From contig JBAYKT010000007.1 of assembly GCA_041664445.1 (NCBI GenBank), positions 4,360 to 68,359 of the forward strand: 64,000 bases of DNA. The letters are read 5' to 3'. Source of the stretch: Patescibacteria group bacterium. Its GTDB lineage: Bacteria > Patescibacteriota > Patescibacteriia > Patescibacteriales > UBA12465. Below the pieces are notes generated by a model. That model did no database searches and had not been told where the DNA came from. It saw nothing but the letters and a program-made list of their open reading frames with translations. This document shows, in pieces, positions 26,936 to 35,978 of the stretch. Position 1 is the stretch's first letter; every line of letters begins with the position of its first letter. The position numbers and the translations under genes are program-made.

Positions 26936-27700
26936 TTAAAACCAACGTGAACTTAAAAGTAAAATTATAATCAAAATAATACCAAAACTTAAAGGCCAAC
27001 GTAAATTATTTCCGGAAAAATTATTTTTTAAAAAAAGCCGCAACACCAACAAAATAAAGTAATAAAAAATCGCGGTAAAAAATCCTAAAATATTAAAACT
27101 AAGCGGCAAAAAATAAATTACCGCCGTCATCTCCGCCAAAACTAAAGAAGCGCTTAAAAATAACGGCCAATTATCTCTAATATTTATTCTTCCCAAAACA
27201 AAAGATTGAAAAAATAGCGGGGACACCAGAATCACAAACAACGGCAGTAGGCCCCAAAAATTCCAACTTAAAAATGTTGGCAAACCATAAAGAGAGGAAG
27301 CTAAAGCGAACACCGACAAGAATCCGCCGGAAAGCATTAAACCGTCCAGCCTCTCCGCGCGTTCCGAGGCGCCATAATGAAAAAAGTAATAAATGTTTCT
27401 CAAATAAGAGAAAGAAAAATAAGCCGATAACAATAAAATAATTTGAATCCAATAATAATTGGGAAGAAAGGTTATATACAAAGAAACCGACAAAAAGAAT
27501 AAAGCTGGAAAAAAGAAAAACAGCGGCCAATTCTGATTCTGTTTATTTTTTTCGCTCCCTCTAACAACTAAGGCTAAAAGTAAAAATCCGGCAGTAATGA
27601 CTAAAAAGAAAAATTGCGGACGCGCTAAAAATAACTGGCTTAAGAGCCATAAGACTACAGGGGTTATAAAAATAGCTTTTTTACTTTTAAAAAAATTCAT
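26936..27700 (-). CDS. Polytopic membrane protein, unknown function
   Basis: 254-aa ORF with about 8 hydrophobic helices and no motif recognised. Confidence 0.55.
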   Translation of the reverse strand: MNFFKSKKAIFITPVVLWLLSQLFLARPQFFFLVITAGFLLLALVVRGSEKNKQNQNWPLFFFFPALFFLSVSLYITFLPNYYWIQIILLLSAYFSFSYLRNIYYFFHYGASERAERLDGLMLSGGFLSVFALASSLYGLPTFLSWNFWGLLPLFVILVSPLFFQSFVLGRINIRDNWPLFLSASLVLAEMTAVIYFLPLSFNILGFFTAIFYYFILLVLRLFLKNNFSGNNLRWPLSFGIILIIILLLSSRWF

Positions 27701-27702
27701 AA

Positions 27703-30084
27703 TTATCTAGAATTATTAGCCGGCTCAGTAGTTTCCGTCATAGTTGATGTAGTTGTGGCCGGTGTAGTCGTAGCCGGAGTTGTCTCTGGTATTGTAGTTG
27801 TCGCTGGCGTAGTCGTAGCCGGAGTTGTCTCTGGTATTGTAGTTGTCGCTGGCGTGGTTGTGGCTGGCGTTGTAGTTGCGCTTGTCTCTATAGTTGGCGT
27901 GGTTGTCGCCGTTCCGCCATCTTGAATAGTTGTTTCAGTCATCGAAGATTCAGAGCCTTCTGATTCTATCGGCATTTCTTCGGATCCAATCGAATCAGTG
28001 TTTTCCGGAACATCATCCGTGGTAATGATATAGTCCTCGACGCTCGGAGTCAATAACAAAGAACCAACTTCACTTAGATTATCAATTTTATTAATCTTTA
28101 AAAATTTATTGGAAAATGTCAATAAATTATTATCCGCTAGTGTGCTGTAACGGACGGTGTTGTCATAATAGCTAAATCCTCCCCAAGAATCAGCCGTTGA
28201 CATCAAGCCGCCACGAGAATGGTCAATCCTCCCTTTAAGATTTAGGACGCCACCATCAGTAGAAAAAACTAAAGCCCCGGAAAACGACAAACGACCGCTA
28301 TCATAAAGCGACACCGGCACCGAAACAATATTGCCGCTAATTGAATTATAAAGCGCTTCATAGTTATCCAGCGCCATAGAATTACTGCTCGCATCGCCGA
28401 TAACATAACCGCTAAGCTCTTTGGGGCTTTGTAAATCAGAAAAATCAAACAGTGATAATTTTAAACCAGTTTTTATTAATGATGATTCGGCTCCGGTTTC
28501 CAGATTACGACCAAAACTTAATAAAATATTCCCTTTATCATCTGCTTGGTAAATTTGCGCGGAAGAATTTGGTATTTGCACCGCCCCTAAAATTCCCGGC
28601 TTAGCGCTATCAGAAAAATCAGCGACATAGAGAGCGTCACTCACTTTGGCAGTTTTTAAATAAGCCCGATTACCCATAAATTTTACTGAATGGATTTTAG
28701 CGCCGGTAGCAATATTTTCCAATTTACCAAGCGACCGCAGGCCGTCGTCCAGCACATAAAGGTTATTGTATACTTTAGTAGTATCTTTAAAAAGTTTAGA
28801 CCACATTTCATTGCGTGAAGCTACTAATCTAACTTGGCCGTCGCTCTCACTCAAACCTGAGCCTTTAATAATCTGCCCGAAGATGTTCCCTTTGGCTTGG
28901 TAAACTGTTTTACCGGCATCAAAAATAATTTTATAGATTGTCGTTTTTTCAATTTCATTCATGTTGGCTTTTATTTTTTCAACCAAGGAGCCATCAACAG
29001 CGGCCTGCAAACTATCTTTCTCCGAACTCGATAACGAGGCGATGTGGGCGTTAACAATGGCGGCCACTTTAGCGACTTTCTCCGAAGAACTCAAAAGAGT
29101 TTCCGACAAGGCCTCAATTTCTTCAATTTGTTGCTGATCAGCGGCGCTTAAATTATTAAAAACTTGGTCACGCTTCAACTGATTTTGTAAATCATACTCG
29201 CTAATCGAGTTGGTATAAGTTAAATAAAGACTATTCGTCGGGGCATAAGCTTCTTGATTGATATCCAATAAATAGTCATTAACATTTAAGGCCTTGCTGG
29301 TATCAGATAAACTAATGGCCGCGACTGATAGAAAATAATAATTACTATAAGAATAATCAAAATAATATACTTCCGGAACCAAGCAATTATTAGTATCTTG
29401 GCAGTCGCCGCTGACAACTTGTCCGGCCTCAAAAATTCTCGGGGTTAAAGGTTCGTCTTCAATATAATTAATATTAGCGGCCGTCATCAAATAAGCGTGG
29501 CTGCCAATCAATTTCACCCCGGTATACTTACCTTCAAATGATAAGGACCTAACTTCTTTAGGGCTAGCCGGATCGGCAACATCATATATTTTGAAAAATA
29601 CATAATCGCTTTCTCGCTTGAAAGAGTTCCAGGCGGAACTAGATTTTATTTCTGTATCAACGCCATAAACGGCCACCCGCTGTCCGGAAACTAAAATCCC
29701 CGATGGCCTAGTCGCTAAAGAAATTTTACCGACAACTTTAGCTTGCGGCGCATATAAAGAATTGGTGATAAGAATATCGTTCTTAACTAAGGTATAAATA
29801 TAGTTTCCCTCAACCGCCAACACCTCTTCATTATCAGCCCCGGGTATTGTGTTTATTATTGAAGTGGCGGCCGAATGAGAAAACATAAAATCTTTCAAAA
29901 ATGCCACATCAGAAATTTTTTTAAGGTCACCGCTTGAACCGGCGCTCTTTTGATCATTGGGAGCATAGCTAACAAGCGGCGCATCTTGAATCACCCGGTT
30001 TTTTTCCCAAGGAAAAGTACAGGCGCTGACGGTAAGCGCTACCAAGGTTAGCAAAAAAATTGCTTTAAAAGTTGATTTTAACAT
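27703..30084 (-). CDS. Secreted beta-propeller domain lipoprotein with Thr/Pro-rich C-terminal tail
   Basis: Start placed at MLKSTFKAIFLLTLVALTVSAC (lipobox-like VSAC). The segment IHSVKFMGNRAYLKTAKVSDALYVADFSDSAKPGILGAVQIPNSSAQIY resembles the bacterial Beta_propel family. The tail is (TTPATTTIPE)-type repeats. Confidence 0.7.
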   Translation of the reverse strand: MLKSTFKAIFLLTLVALTVSACTFPWEKNRVIQDAPLVSYAPNDQKSAGSSGDLKKISDVAFLKDFMFSHSAATSIINTIPGADNEEVLAVEGNYIYTLVKNDILITNSLYAPQAKVVGKISLATRPSGILVSGQRVAVYGVDTEIKSSSAWNSFKRESDYVFFKIYDVADPASPKEVRSLSFEGKYTGVKLIGSHAYLMTAANINYIEDEPLTPRIFEAGQVVSGDCQDTNNCLVPEVYYFDYSYSNYYFLSVAAISLSDTSKALNVNDYLLDINQEAYAPTNSLYLTYTNSISEYDLQNQLKRDQVFNNLSAADQQQIEEIEALSETLLSSSEKVAKVAAIVNAHIASLSSSEKDSLQAAVDGSLVEKIKANMNEIEKTTIYKIIFDAGKTVYQAKGNIFGQIIKGSGLSESDGQVRLVASRNEMWSKLFKDTTKVYNNLYVLDDGLRSLGKLENIATGAKIHSVKFMGNRAYLKTAKVSDALYVADFSDSAKPGILGAVQIPNSSAQIYQADDKGNILLSFGRNLETGAESSLIKTGLKLSLFDFSDLQSPKELSGYVIGDASSNSMALDNYEALYNSISGNIVSVPVSLYDSGRLSFSGALVFSTDGGVLNLKGRIDHSRGGLMSTADSWGGFSYYDNTVRYSTLADNNLLTFSNKFLKINKIDNLSEVGSLLLTPSVEDYIITTDDVPENTDSIGSEEMPIESEGSESSMTETTIQDGGTATTTPTIETSATTTPATTTPATTTIPETTPATTTPATTTIPETTPATTTPATTTSTMTETTEPANNSR
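27764..27853 (-). repeat. 45-bp tandem direct repeat x2 (coding, Thr/Pro-rich tail)
   Basis: gtagtcgtagccggagttgtctctggtattgtagttgtcgctggc occurs at 27764-27808 and again exactly at 27809-27853, with degenerate copies on both sides. Confidence 0.9.
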
Positions 30085-30166
30085 ATGAATGTTAGAAAAA
30101 TAATCATGCACCAAGATTATAACATATTTATCGTTTATTTTCACGGGCAAAAACTAATAAGCGATA

Positions 30167-30859
30167 TTATTTGTGAATAAAAACTTGCAGGCCGACATCT
30201 ACCCGATCAAATAAATATTGTGCCGGTCCGACGCCCAAGCGAATGCAGCCGTGAGAAACTGCTTTTCCTAAATGATTTTCGCCCTCACGATAGCCGCTAG
30301 GCCAAACCGGAAGTTCATGAATGCCGATACGGCCACGGTCCAGACCTAGCCAAAAAGGCATCCAGAGACTATAAGTTTTAGACCACGCTTTTTTAATCCG
30401 ACTCACAACCGTAAAAGTCCCCGTGGGTGTCGGCATACTGGGCTTACCGGTAGAAACCGTAAATTCTTTCCAAGCTATTCCGGAAACAAAATAAGTAAGC
30501 TTTTGCTCTTTTAGAGATATATCTACTTTTTGAGTTAACTTCTTAGTGGAGGTGGAGAGCGGGTCAAAGGCGAAATCAATTTCTGCAAAATCAGAATAGC
30601 CGTCAGCATCGGTATCGGCTAAAAGTGGATTGGTCTTAAATTTAATTTCCAAATCATCACTCAAGCTATCCTTATCAACATCGCTCTCGGTAATTTTTAT
30701 CGACTCAACATTAAAAGGCGACCAACCATTTTTTATTTCTATGTCATCAGTATAACCATCGCCGTCGGAATCGACGGCTTCTTCGGCTTTTAGGGTTTTT
30801 GGCCCTAAGACAAAAAACGCCAGCAACAACAAATAAATTATAAATTTTCGATATTTCAT
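30167..30859 (-). CDS. L,D-transpeptidase (YkuD domain) with thrombospondin-type-3-like Ca-binding repeats
   Basis: Signal peptide MKYRKFIIYLLLLAFFVL. Repeats DSDGDGYTDDIE, DVDKDSLSDDLE and DTDADGYSDFAE. Catalytic HELP...SHGCIRL. The ATG overlaps the upstream stop (TAATG). Confidence 0.8.
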   Translation of the reverse strand: MKYRKFIIYLLLLAFFVLGPKTLKAEEAVDSDGDGYTDDIEIKNGWSPFNVESIKITESDVDKDSLSDDLEIKFKTNPLLADTDADGYSDFAEIDFAFDPLSTSTKKLTQKVDISLKEQKLTYFVSGIAWKEFTVSTGKPSMPTPTGTFTVVSRIKKAWSKTYSLWMPFWLGLDRGRIGIHELPVWPSGYREGENHLGKAVSHGCIRLGVGPAQYLFDRVDVGLQVFIHK

Positions 30860-32439
30860 TATTTTTGTTTTTTGATAATTGAATATTCGCAGCCGCAAAA
30901 TTTTTGACGATACATTTTTAATTCCTTGGCTAATTCTTGCGAGCGTCGATAAGCATCATCAGCTTGAAAATCTTCATCTAAAAATTTAATTCCCTTCTCG
31001 GCGGCTAACTTCCGCGACATCTTAACAATCGCTTCTTTATCTTTATAAGGACTAACGGTTAAGGAGGTGGCAAAAAAATCAAATTTTTTAGCGACCGCCA
31101 AATTAACGGTCGCGCGCAGGCGGTCTAAATAACAAATTTGGCAACGGGCGCCGCGCTCCGGGTCTGCTTCCCGCCCCTTTACCAACTCACACCAATTCTG
31201 ATGTTCATACGGAACGACGATTAACGGAATGGAAAATTTGGCCGCCATTAATTTTACATATTGTAGGCGTTTATCATATTCCTCTTGGGAAACTAAATTA
31301 GGGTTATAAAAAAACCAAGTTAAGCGGTAACGCGGCAACAAGCGGACGCTACTGATATAAGTTGCGCAGGGCGCACAGCAAATATGCAAGAGCAAAGATG
31401 GTTTCAATTTTTCCTGGCGCTTATCCAAAAATTGAAAAATAATAACAATCGCCAACATAATTAATAACAGTAGCAGCAACACCAAAAGCTTTCCTCGGCT
31501 CTGAAGAAATAAACCGCTTAAACCGAAAACTAGAGAGAAAAAATAAAATACCAAAACTGTTTGCCGCTGATTTAAACCTAAATTTAAAAGCCGATGATGA
31601 AGATGTTTATTGTCGGCAAAACGAAAAGGGTTTTTACCTTGAAAAAGACGCCTCATAATTGTCCAGGCGACATCTAAAATGGGGATACCCATGATTAATA
31701 AGGCAATCGCAATCTTTCCGCCGGAAATAATTGCCAAAACACCCAAGGCATAACCAAAAAATAAAGAACCGCCTTCGCCCAAGAAAATTTTAGCCGGGTA
31801 AAAATTAAAAATTAAAAATCCGAGCGCGGAACCCAATAAAATCACGGCCGCCAAGGCAATATCCGGTTGAAAATATTTAGTGGTCAGCGTAAATAAAAAA
31901 ATCACTAGTGCACCAATCGCTCCGACCCCGCTTACTAAACCATCAACTCCATCTAAAAGTTTAGTGGTGTACATCATTCCTAAAAGCCATAAAGCGATTA
32001 AAGCCGGTCCGACAATTACCAAATCTTTAAGATAAATAAAACCACCCAAAGGATTGGTAATTTTTTCAATTTCGACGCCGCCAATAACGATAGCTAAAAT
32101 GGCCAGTAACGGAAAAATGATTTGCCATTTGGCTGACAAATTATATTTGTCATCCAAAATACCGCCGCTAATAATGAGTAGCGCGCCAATAAAAAATCCC
32201 AGCAAATGCCGCCAGTCTAAATTTCCTGCTAAAAAACGGTCGGCATATAAAAATAAAATGGCAAAAAAAGACAAAAAAACAGCCACCCCGCCCAAGAGCG
32301 GTGTCGCCTTAACATGAATCTTGCGCTCCCCTGGTTTATCAACCAAATTAAAACGAAGCGCGATTTTTTTAACGCCCACTGTCAAAATCAGAGCTAAAAT
32401 AAAACTGGCTAAAAATGGCAGAATATAAGTTGAAAACAT
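30859..32439 (-). CDS. Fusion protein: polyprenyl-phosphate sugar-1-phosphate transferase (WecA/MraY, GT4 family) + QueH (DUF208) epoxyqueuosine reductase domain
   Basis: N-terminal ~340 aa: LVDKPGERKIHVKATPLLGG, DDKYNLS, NFYPAKIFLGEGGS and multiple TM helices. C-terminal ~185 aa: LLLHICCAPCATY, FFYNPNLVSQEEY, ERGARCQICY, MYRQKFCGCEYS. Single uninterrupted 526-codon frame. Confidence 0.8.
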   Translation of the reverse strand: MFSTYILPFLASFILALILTVGVKKIALRFNLVDKPGERKIHVKATPLLGGVAVFLSFFAILFLYADRFLAGNLDWRHLLGFFIGALLIISGGILDDKYNLSAKWQIIFPLLAILAIVIGGVEIEKITNPLGGFIYLKDLVIVGPALIALWLLGMMYTTKLLDGVDGLVSGVGAIGALVIFLFTLTTKYFQPDIALAAVILLGSALGFLIFNFYPAKIFLGEGGSLFFGYALGVLAIISGGKIAIALLIMGIPILDVAWTIMRRLFQGKNPFRFADNKHLHHRLLNLGLNQRQTVLVFYFFSLVFGLSGLFLQSRGKLLVLLLLLLIMLAIVIIFQFLDKRQEKLKPSLLLHICCAPCATYISSVRLLPRYRLTWFFYNPNLVSQEEYDKRLQYVKLMAAKFSIPLIVVPYEHQNWCELVKGREADPERGARCQICYLDRLRATVNLAVAKKFDFFATSLTVSPYKDKEAIVKMSRKLAAEKGIKFLDEDFQADDAYRRSQELAKELKMYRQKFCGCEYSIIKKQK

Positions 32440-32537
32440 CTTAAGGTGTTATTGACTACTTAAAAAATAAATGATAATTTAAATAATACTAATTTTCTTT
32501 TAAATACAAATAATTAACAACAGGAGGACAAAGCATC

Positions 32538-32720
32538 ATGAATGACCTATCTCACATCGAAGCTAAAGCGATGGCTCAATCAGAAAACATCGCTGGCATC
32601 AAGAACAGCATTAACCGAGAGCTAAAAAAGGAGAATCCTAATCCACAAAAATTGGAAAATCTCAAAAAAACGCTCCGCCTCACAGAAAATGCGTTTTCTC
32701 GAACGCAATTAATGGTCTAA
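32538..32720 (+). CDS. Small hypothetical protein (60 aa)
   Basis: Strong SD (ACAGGAGGA) 8 nt before the ATG, followed by a terminator. Helical and charged sequence. Confidence 0.5.
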   Translation: MNDLSHIEAKAMAQSENIAGIKNSINRELKKENPNPQKLENLKKTLRLTENAFSRTQLMV

Positions 32721-32740
32721 CTGTTAAAATAACCTGAACA

Positions 32741-32770
32741 AAAGCGCGCCCTAAACCAGCGCGTTTTTTT
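32741..32770. terminator. Bidirectional rho-independent terminator
   Basis: AAAGCGCGC ... GCGCGTTTTTTT, a GC stem with a CCTAAACCA loop, A-run upstream and T7 run downstream. Sits between convergent genes. Confidence 0.65.
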
Positions 32771-32773
32771 ATT

Positions 32774-35461
32774 TTATAATTCTGCGGCCTTCTCAATGAT
32801 TATTTCCGCTTTATTATTAATTACCACCTGGTCTCTTCTTTTTAACTCACCGGCTAAAATTTTATTAGCCACCGCATCTTCAACCCGTTCCTGCAACAAG
32901 CGACGTAAAGGACGCGCGCCAAATTTAGGATCATATCCGGCCTTGGCTAAAATAGTGACTCCGTCTTTATCGGCCTTTAGTCCGATTCCCTTGTCCGCCA
33001 GTATCTTTTTAATCTTCTTGAGCATCAAGGTCGTAATCGTAAAAATATTTTCCTCATTTAGAGGCTTAAAGACGATGATGCCGTCAAAACGATTAATAAG
33101 TTCCGGGCGCATATGCTCGCGCAACTGATTATCAATCAATTCCTGCTTAATAATATTTAGGCTGGTCTGAGCTTTAATCTGATCTTGAATAAAGATGGCG
33201 CCGATATTGGAAGTGGCGATAATGATTGATTCCGCAAAACTGATAGTTCTCCCCTGCCCGTCGGTCAATCGACCATCGTCCAACATTTGTAAAAATAAAT
33301 TTAAAATATCGGGATGAGCTTTTTCTACTTCATCCAACAAAACCAAAGAAAAAGGCTTTTTCCGAACAGCCTCCGTTAGATATCCTAAAGTCCCATCAAC
33401 ATCGCCAATCATTTTACGAACACTGTCTTGATTTTGATATTCACTCATATCCAAGCGAATCAGATAATCCTCACTACCAAAATAAATCGCCGAAACCGCT
33501 TTAGCGAGCTCAGTCTTACCGACACCGGTCGGGCCTAAGAATAAGAAGCTAGCAATCGGTCGCTTGCTATCTTTCATCGCTGCGCGCGCTCGGCGCAAAC
33601 TGGCTGAAACCGCCTTCACCGCCTCTTCTTGACCGACTAAACGTTCGTGAATTTCTACTTCTAAATTGAGCAATTTTTGACCCTCATCCGCGCTCACTTT
33701 ATTAACCGGGATGCCAGTCATCTCCGAAATAGCGGAAGCAATATCTTCTTTGGAACAAAAAGTTTTTTCCGGATTGTTTTTACTGGCTACAGCCGCAATC
33801 ATTGCTGCTTTTTCCAATAAGTCGATAGCCTTTGAAGGTAAAAACTTATCATGCAGATAACGCGCAGACATTTTCACGGCCTGTTCAATGGCACTATAGA
33901 CGATGTAGGTATCATACTTTGACTCCAAAAATCCGACGCGGCTTTCCAAAATTTGAATAGCGGCGTTAGTATCTGGCTCACTGATGCCAATCGTTGTCAT
34001 CACCTCTCCCAAAGATTTTTTCTCAATGTAGCGCGTATAGTTTTCAGCTGTGGCGGTCGCAATACATAGAATATGATTCTTAGATAAAGCTTCGGCTAAA
34101 ACTTCCGATAAGTCCAAACTTTCCTGACTGCCGGCGCTAATGCCAATTAAATTTTCAATATTATCAATAAATAAAATAACATTTCCAGAACGGTTAGCCT
34201 CATTAATACAATCCAATAGCCTTTCTTCGGCCACCGAAGGATTCGCTCCACTAACCAATTTGGAAACCTCCAGCTCCACCAAACGCTTATCTCTCATAAA
34301 ATCAGGCACATTTTCCTCAACCATCATCTGCGCGACACCACCGACAATTGTACTTTTACCAATACCAGTTGGCGCCACTAATAAAACGCCATTATGGCCG
34401 CCGGTAAAAATATCAAAAATTGCTTGAATTTCCTTATTGCGGCCGACGCATAAATCTAGATGCCCAAATTTAGCTTTTAAAGTTAAGTCAACGGCGAAGT
34501 GATCTAAAACCGGAGTAGCAATAGCGGTATAAGAACGATTCATCCCCGAACTGGGCTTAAAGAGCGCCAGCTGGCGATAAGCATGATAACGAGCGACTAA
34601 TAATTTATTGACCCTAAACCATTCCACGGCATTGGTAATTTTATCGGCATCAACTTCCAAATCATACATAATTTCCGCGAGCGCCGGGTCCCGTTCATAA
34701 CAAAATAAAATTATATTTAAAACATCAATGCTTTTTTGTTTCAAATTAAAGGCGTCTTGAAAAGCTAACATAAAAACTTCTTGAAGCCTATCGGAAATTT
34801 GATCATCGCCTACAGGATCTTTAGCGCTCTTAACTAACTGACGGTCAATCATCTCAATCATTTTTTTAGCATCAACATTTAGACGAATAAAGAGACTTTG
34901 AATCTCTTTGGTTCGAAGCGCCGCTCTAAAAAAATGAATAATGTCTATTTGTTTGCGATGTAATTTGCCGGCCAAAAGGAAAGCCTCTTCCAGGATTCTA
35001 TTTGTCTCGTCAGAAAAAGCGCGCGCGGCATTATAACGCTGTCTTGATTCGCGTTTAATCTTTTTATCTTCCCTAAAAAATCGATAATTTATTTTTTTAG
35101 CGCCGGCCACCGCCAAACTAAATTTATAAAAAAGAAATAAATCAAACCATAAAGACAGGAGAAAAAAAGCCACCAAAATATCCGGGCTGGACCAAAAAAA
35201 TAATATTTTTAAAGGATCGGCTTCCAAACTAGCGCGATTCAAAAATATCCAAGCCGCGAAAGCAAACCAGCCAGCAAAAATAATCAACCAAGAAAAAAAG
35301 CCTAAAATTTTATTAATCTGTTTTTCGGCCCGTTCCAAGGCGATTACCGATTTCTTAATTTTTTTATCCCAATATAAAAAGCGACCTAAAAACCAGGCCC
35401 CCCGCCCCTTAGCGGCGGTATCTTTCACAAATTCCAATTGTTCCCTGTTTCTCAAGTCCAT
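32774..35461 (-). CDS. Membrane-anchored Hsp100/Clp-family double AAA+ ATPase (no M-domain, degenerate D1)
   Basis: N-terminal ~120 aa with 2-3 TM helices (FFSWLIIFAGWFAFAAWIFL; ILVAFFLLSLWFDLFLFY). D1 has Walker A APTGIGKS and Walker B LFIDNIEN. D2 has [31 protein letters not shown] and GARPLRRLLQ. Confidence 0.8.
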   Translation of the reverse strand: MDLRNREQLEFVKDTAAKGRGAWFLGRFLYWDKKIKKSVIALERAEKQINKILGFFSWLIIFAGWFAFAAWIFLNRASLEADPLKILFFWSSPDILVAFFLLSLWFDLFLFYKFSLAVAGAKKINYRFFREDKKIKRESRQRYNAARAFSDETNRILEEAFLLAGKLHRKQIDIIHFFRAALRTKEIQSLFIRLNVDAKKMIEMIDRQLVKSAKDPVGDDQISDRLQEVFMLAFQDAFNLKQKSIDVLNIILFCYERDPALAEIMYDLEVDADKITNAVEWFRVNKLLVARYHAYRQLALFKPSSGMNRSYTAIATPVLDHFAVDLTLKAKFGHLDLCVGRNKEIQAIFDIFTGGHNGVLLVAPTGIGKSTIVGGVAQMMVEENVPDFMRDKRLVELEVSKLVSGANPSVAEERLLDCINEANRSGNVILFIDNIENLIGISAGSQESLDLSEVLAEALSKNHILCIATATAENYTRYIEKKSLGEVMTTIGISEPDTNAAIQILESRVGFLESKYDTYIVYSAIEQAVKMSARYLHDKFLPSKAIDLLEKAAMIAAVASKNNPEKTFCSKEDIASAISEMTGIPVNKVSADEGQKLLNLEVEIHERLVGQEEAVKAVSASLRRARAAMKDSKRPIASFLFLGPTGVGKTELAKAVSAIYFGSEDYLIRLDMSEYQNQDSVRKMIGDVDGTLGYLTEAVRKKPFSLVLLDEVEKAHPDILNLFLQMLDDGRLTDGQGRTISFAESIIIATSNIGAIFIQDQIKAQTSLNIIKQELIDNQLREHMRPELINRFDGIIVFKPLNEENIFTITTLMLKKIKKILADKGIGLKADKDGVTILAKAGYDPKFGARPLRRLLQERVEDAVANKILAGELKRRDQVVINNKAEIIIEKAAEL

Positions 35462-35463
35462 AT

Positions 35464-35832
35464 TTAAGCTTTAGCTTGAAAAAATAAAGCCACTAATATT
35501 AATAGCGGCAAAGCTAACCACAAAATCGCGCCGGCGATAACCAGCGCCAACCAAAAAAGTAAAGCGAGGCCACGGACGATAATTTGAATTAAGCGAATAA
35601 AAAAACTGATAACGCGTCCGGCGGCATCATACTGGCCATACATCGGTACAAAAATATTAGCGAGCCACACCCGAAAACCAAGGATTTTTTCTTGATTGCT
35701 AAAAAAAATCCATTCTTTCTTCAAGGTCTCCACAAAACCGACGCTATACCACCAAAAAGGAAAATAAATAATACTACCCAGGGTTTGAAAAATTATTTTT
35801 AGTCCGTAAGTAAAAAAATTATGTGATTGCAT
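35464..35832 (-). CDS. Small polytopic membrane protein, first gene of the operon with the membrane Clp ATPase
   Basis: 122-aa ORF with 3-4 TM helices. Its stop lies 2 nt before the ATPase start. Confidence 0.55.
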   Translation of the reverse strand: MQSHNFFTYGLKIIFQTLGSIIYFPFWWYSVGFVETLKKEWIFFSNQEKILGFRVWLANIFVPMYGQYDAAGRVISFFIRLIQIIVRGLALLFWLALVIAGAILWLALPLLILVALFFQAKA

Positions 35833-35945
35833 AAATCATTTTAATAATTTTATTTTATCATAAAATTAAAATAATCACAATTAAATTTTAGCTTAATCTA
35901 GGCGCGGAAATCTCAAAAAATGCCGAATTATAACCCGCTAAACAA

Positions 35946-35974
35946 TTGACAAGTAATGCGCCTTATATTAAGAT
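35946..35974 (+). promoter_or_regulatory. Putative clpB promoter
   Basis: TTGACA (35946-35951), 17-nt spacer, TAAGAT (35969-35974), directly abutting the CIRCE element. Confidence 0.45.
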
Positions 35975-35978
35975 GTAA

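Noticed and set aside
27177-27530. 117-aa ORF in an alternative frame, same strand, inside the 254-aa membrane-protein gene
   Set aside because: It is nested completely within a longer ORF whose hydrophobic periodicity looks genuine. There is no independent start signal.
27730-27900. Possible CRISPR-like or other non-coding repeat array
   Set aside because: The repeats are contiguous with no spacers, lie in frame inside a long ORF, and encode a Thr/Pro-rich tail. I found no CRISPR array anywhere in the window.
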